64,000 bases of DNA from Marsupella aquatica (taxonomy: Eukaryota; Plantae; Marchantiophyta): contig OZ316891.1 in assembly GCA_973895155.1 (NCBI GenBank), positions 4,745,708 to 4,809,707 on the forward strand. Reading direction: 5' to 3'. Made by a program: the position numbers and the translations under genes. The notes beneath the pieces were generated by a model. The model worked only from the letters and a program-made list of their open reading frames with translations. It did no database searches and was not told the origin of the DNA. Below, in pieces: positions 61,904 to 64,000 of this stretch (positions are counted from its first letter, which is position 1; every line of letters begins with the position of its first letter).

Positions 61904-64000
61904 GATTTCGTCAACTATAATGCAGGGTCATCTAACGTGGGGAAAAGCTGGACTCAATCGGGCCTGCAATGGTGATATCCGGGTCGACCTGGCCTCCCTT
62001 CTCACAACCGATGTATCCACGATCAGGATCTCAAACTTCCTGCCTTCACTTCCAGCGGTGGAGTAGGCATTCCCCTCACAACGAATCAGTCAGTACCCTC
62101 ATATCCAGGCTCTCATCATGCAATGCAAGATTGGTCCTATAATCCGGACCCAAGATCCTCTACCAAAAGGGTAGAGCCTCCTCACTCTACTGCTTAAACA
62201 GCCTAATGCGCTCGGGAGCTCAAAACCTACTAAGTTCGGCTTTGAGAGGTGTGAGAGGCCGGATCGACTCTCCTTCCTTATATCCGGATTCTGCTGTGGT
62301 CGTGCCTGTGTTTGACTTATGGTTTTAAAAACTTTGGCAATGGACAGCTGTTGTTGAGTAGAGTCTCAGTATAAGCTTTATATCTCATTCAAGGCTTATA
62401 GTAAAAAGTTCCGGGTCGATCCTCCTTCTCTAATATCAATCCGGATTGACCTCAGATGGGCTTGAAAGTCTCATAACACTTCAAAGTAGTCTTCAGGTCC
62501 CTCTTCAGCCTCATTTGAGATCTTAAACGTAAAAATTCTAAAATTTATGGTTAGTTAACCCTTCTTTCATAAACATCCTTATCTCACATGCATTGAGGGC
62601 CAAGAGGAGAGGGCCGTGGGGAGAGAAGTGGAGGGACGGTTTTTTCTGCTTTATTCCTTCCATTTGCAGTTTTGGTACTTCCCACCCCAAACACCACGCT
62701 AAATTCAAATATCGGCCATGCCATTTTCTGGTGCAACTGAGAGTGTATTATATGTTTTCATAGAGATAACACAAAACAAAAGTAGTAAAAGGGAGACCTA
62801 AATTTCTTGTCATTGCAAACATTTACAAAGGCTCCTGTAATGTGGAAAGTGAAAATTTTGAAGTATGTTCATATCCTCCAACGCACACATGAATATTTGT
62901 GAAACTTGAACTAAAACCCTTGTTTTGGGGGCATTATGGTTAACAATGTTTTGTAAAGTGTATTAGACAAGCCCAACCTTGCGGCAATCTTGCTCCCTCC
63001 CTGACAAGCCCCAAGGACCTTGCTCCCTCCCCCCGATGACCTCACTCCCTCCCTTGACAAGCCCCGAGATGCCTACCGTCCGCGACCCTCCCTCATTCTT
63101 GTTTGATCTAATATTCTCCTCTTAATTTGGGGGACTTAAAAAGAACAAGAGGACAACAACTGAGAAATGAATCACTTCCAAGATTTGGCTTTTAGACTTC
63201 ATCATAACCGTTCATATCAAACGACCGGTTCACTTTGGCTTGAAATGAAGGTGAACGGTCACTTGTATTTGACTCCTCCCAATCCTACATGGACTGGAAA
63301 GCAATTTTGGCCAAAGTTTAGACCACCTCTGAAGGTGGTATTTTGAAAGGACCTCATTCTCTGTCTCTTCTCATTCTGTCAAACACTATTAGATGCATTA
63401 TCTGATGGTCACCACCTTTTTGGTTAGGAGAGTCCCTCCTTAAGTGTCTTTTGCTCAACTTGTATCTAAAAGAGAAGGTCCGTATCCAGATACAAGTTAC
63501 CCCATCGTAAGGATGTTGCACCACAGCAATTTTTAATTTTATTGCATCACTGACAACTACTGGAGTATACTAAACAAACACCTTTGAACATAACTATGTC
63601 AAAGGTAGATCTATCACTATAATACTGAATCCCGCCCAATTTTGTCTGGGATTTCATCATTCGCCCTGTTACAAAAAACATTATTGGCGGGAATCATTTG
63701 TGCCGTTAGATTGCGTCTTAGTTGTCTTTCAACCGTGCGATTAAAAGTTTAGTTGACCTAAAATAAGGGTTCCACATGGGAGTTTATGCTCTTATTCATA
63801 ATTGTATATGCTCTTGTAGAGAATTTTGCACTTACAGATCTAAGAGGAAACCTGGTCCCTTGATTCTGATGGCTAAGATGCTCTCTAGCATCTGGAAGGA
63901 ACGGAACACTGCTGCCTACTCCCAATTCTTGGGGAGGCTCCCCGGGTGGGTGGTAGTGAGACAAACTTCCATCCACCTTACCACGATGTTGGACAGCAGT

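Overview
Eukaryotic, intron-containing, transposon-rich plant nuclear DNA. The gene families and TE ORFs suggest a bryophyte, probably a liverwort (inference). Three intact host genes are present: a class II sirtuin SRT2 (+, 22.2-25.7 kb), a SNF2/F-box/CW-zinc-finger/RING helicase of the At3g54460 type (+, 37.0-45.2 kb), and an HMA-domain protein with a Q/N/Y-rich N-terminus (-, 56.3-57.6 kb). The rest is largely mobile DNA and relics: the 3' end of a CACTA-superfamily element ending in CAGTG, a complete but degenerate PIF/Harbinger element with TIRs and a TAA TSD, a non-autonomous Helitron, a nested satellite/solo-LTR/MITE stack, LINE and Copia remnants, an LTR retroelement end with a decayed extra ORF, two inverted F-box/kelch-type pseudogenes and an alpha/beta-hydrolase relic. 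The most striking item is an intronless, fungal-type (Mch4/Mch5-like) MFS monocarboxylate transporter at 8.5-9.8 kb with a single frameshift, a candidate fungus-to-plant horizontal transfer. All calls were made by eye; no searches or alignments were run.
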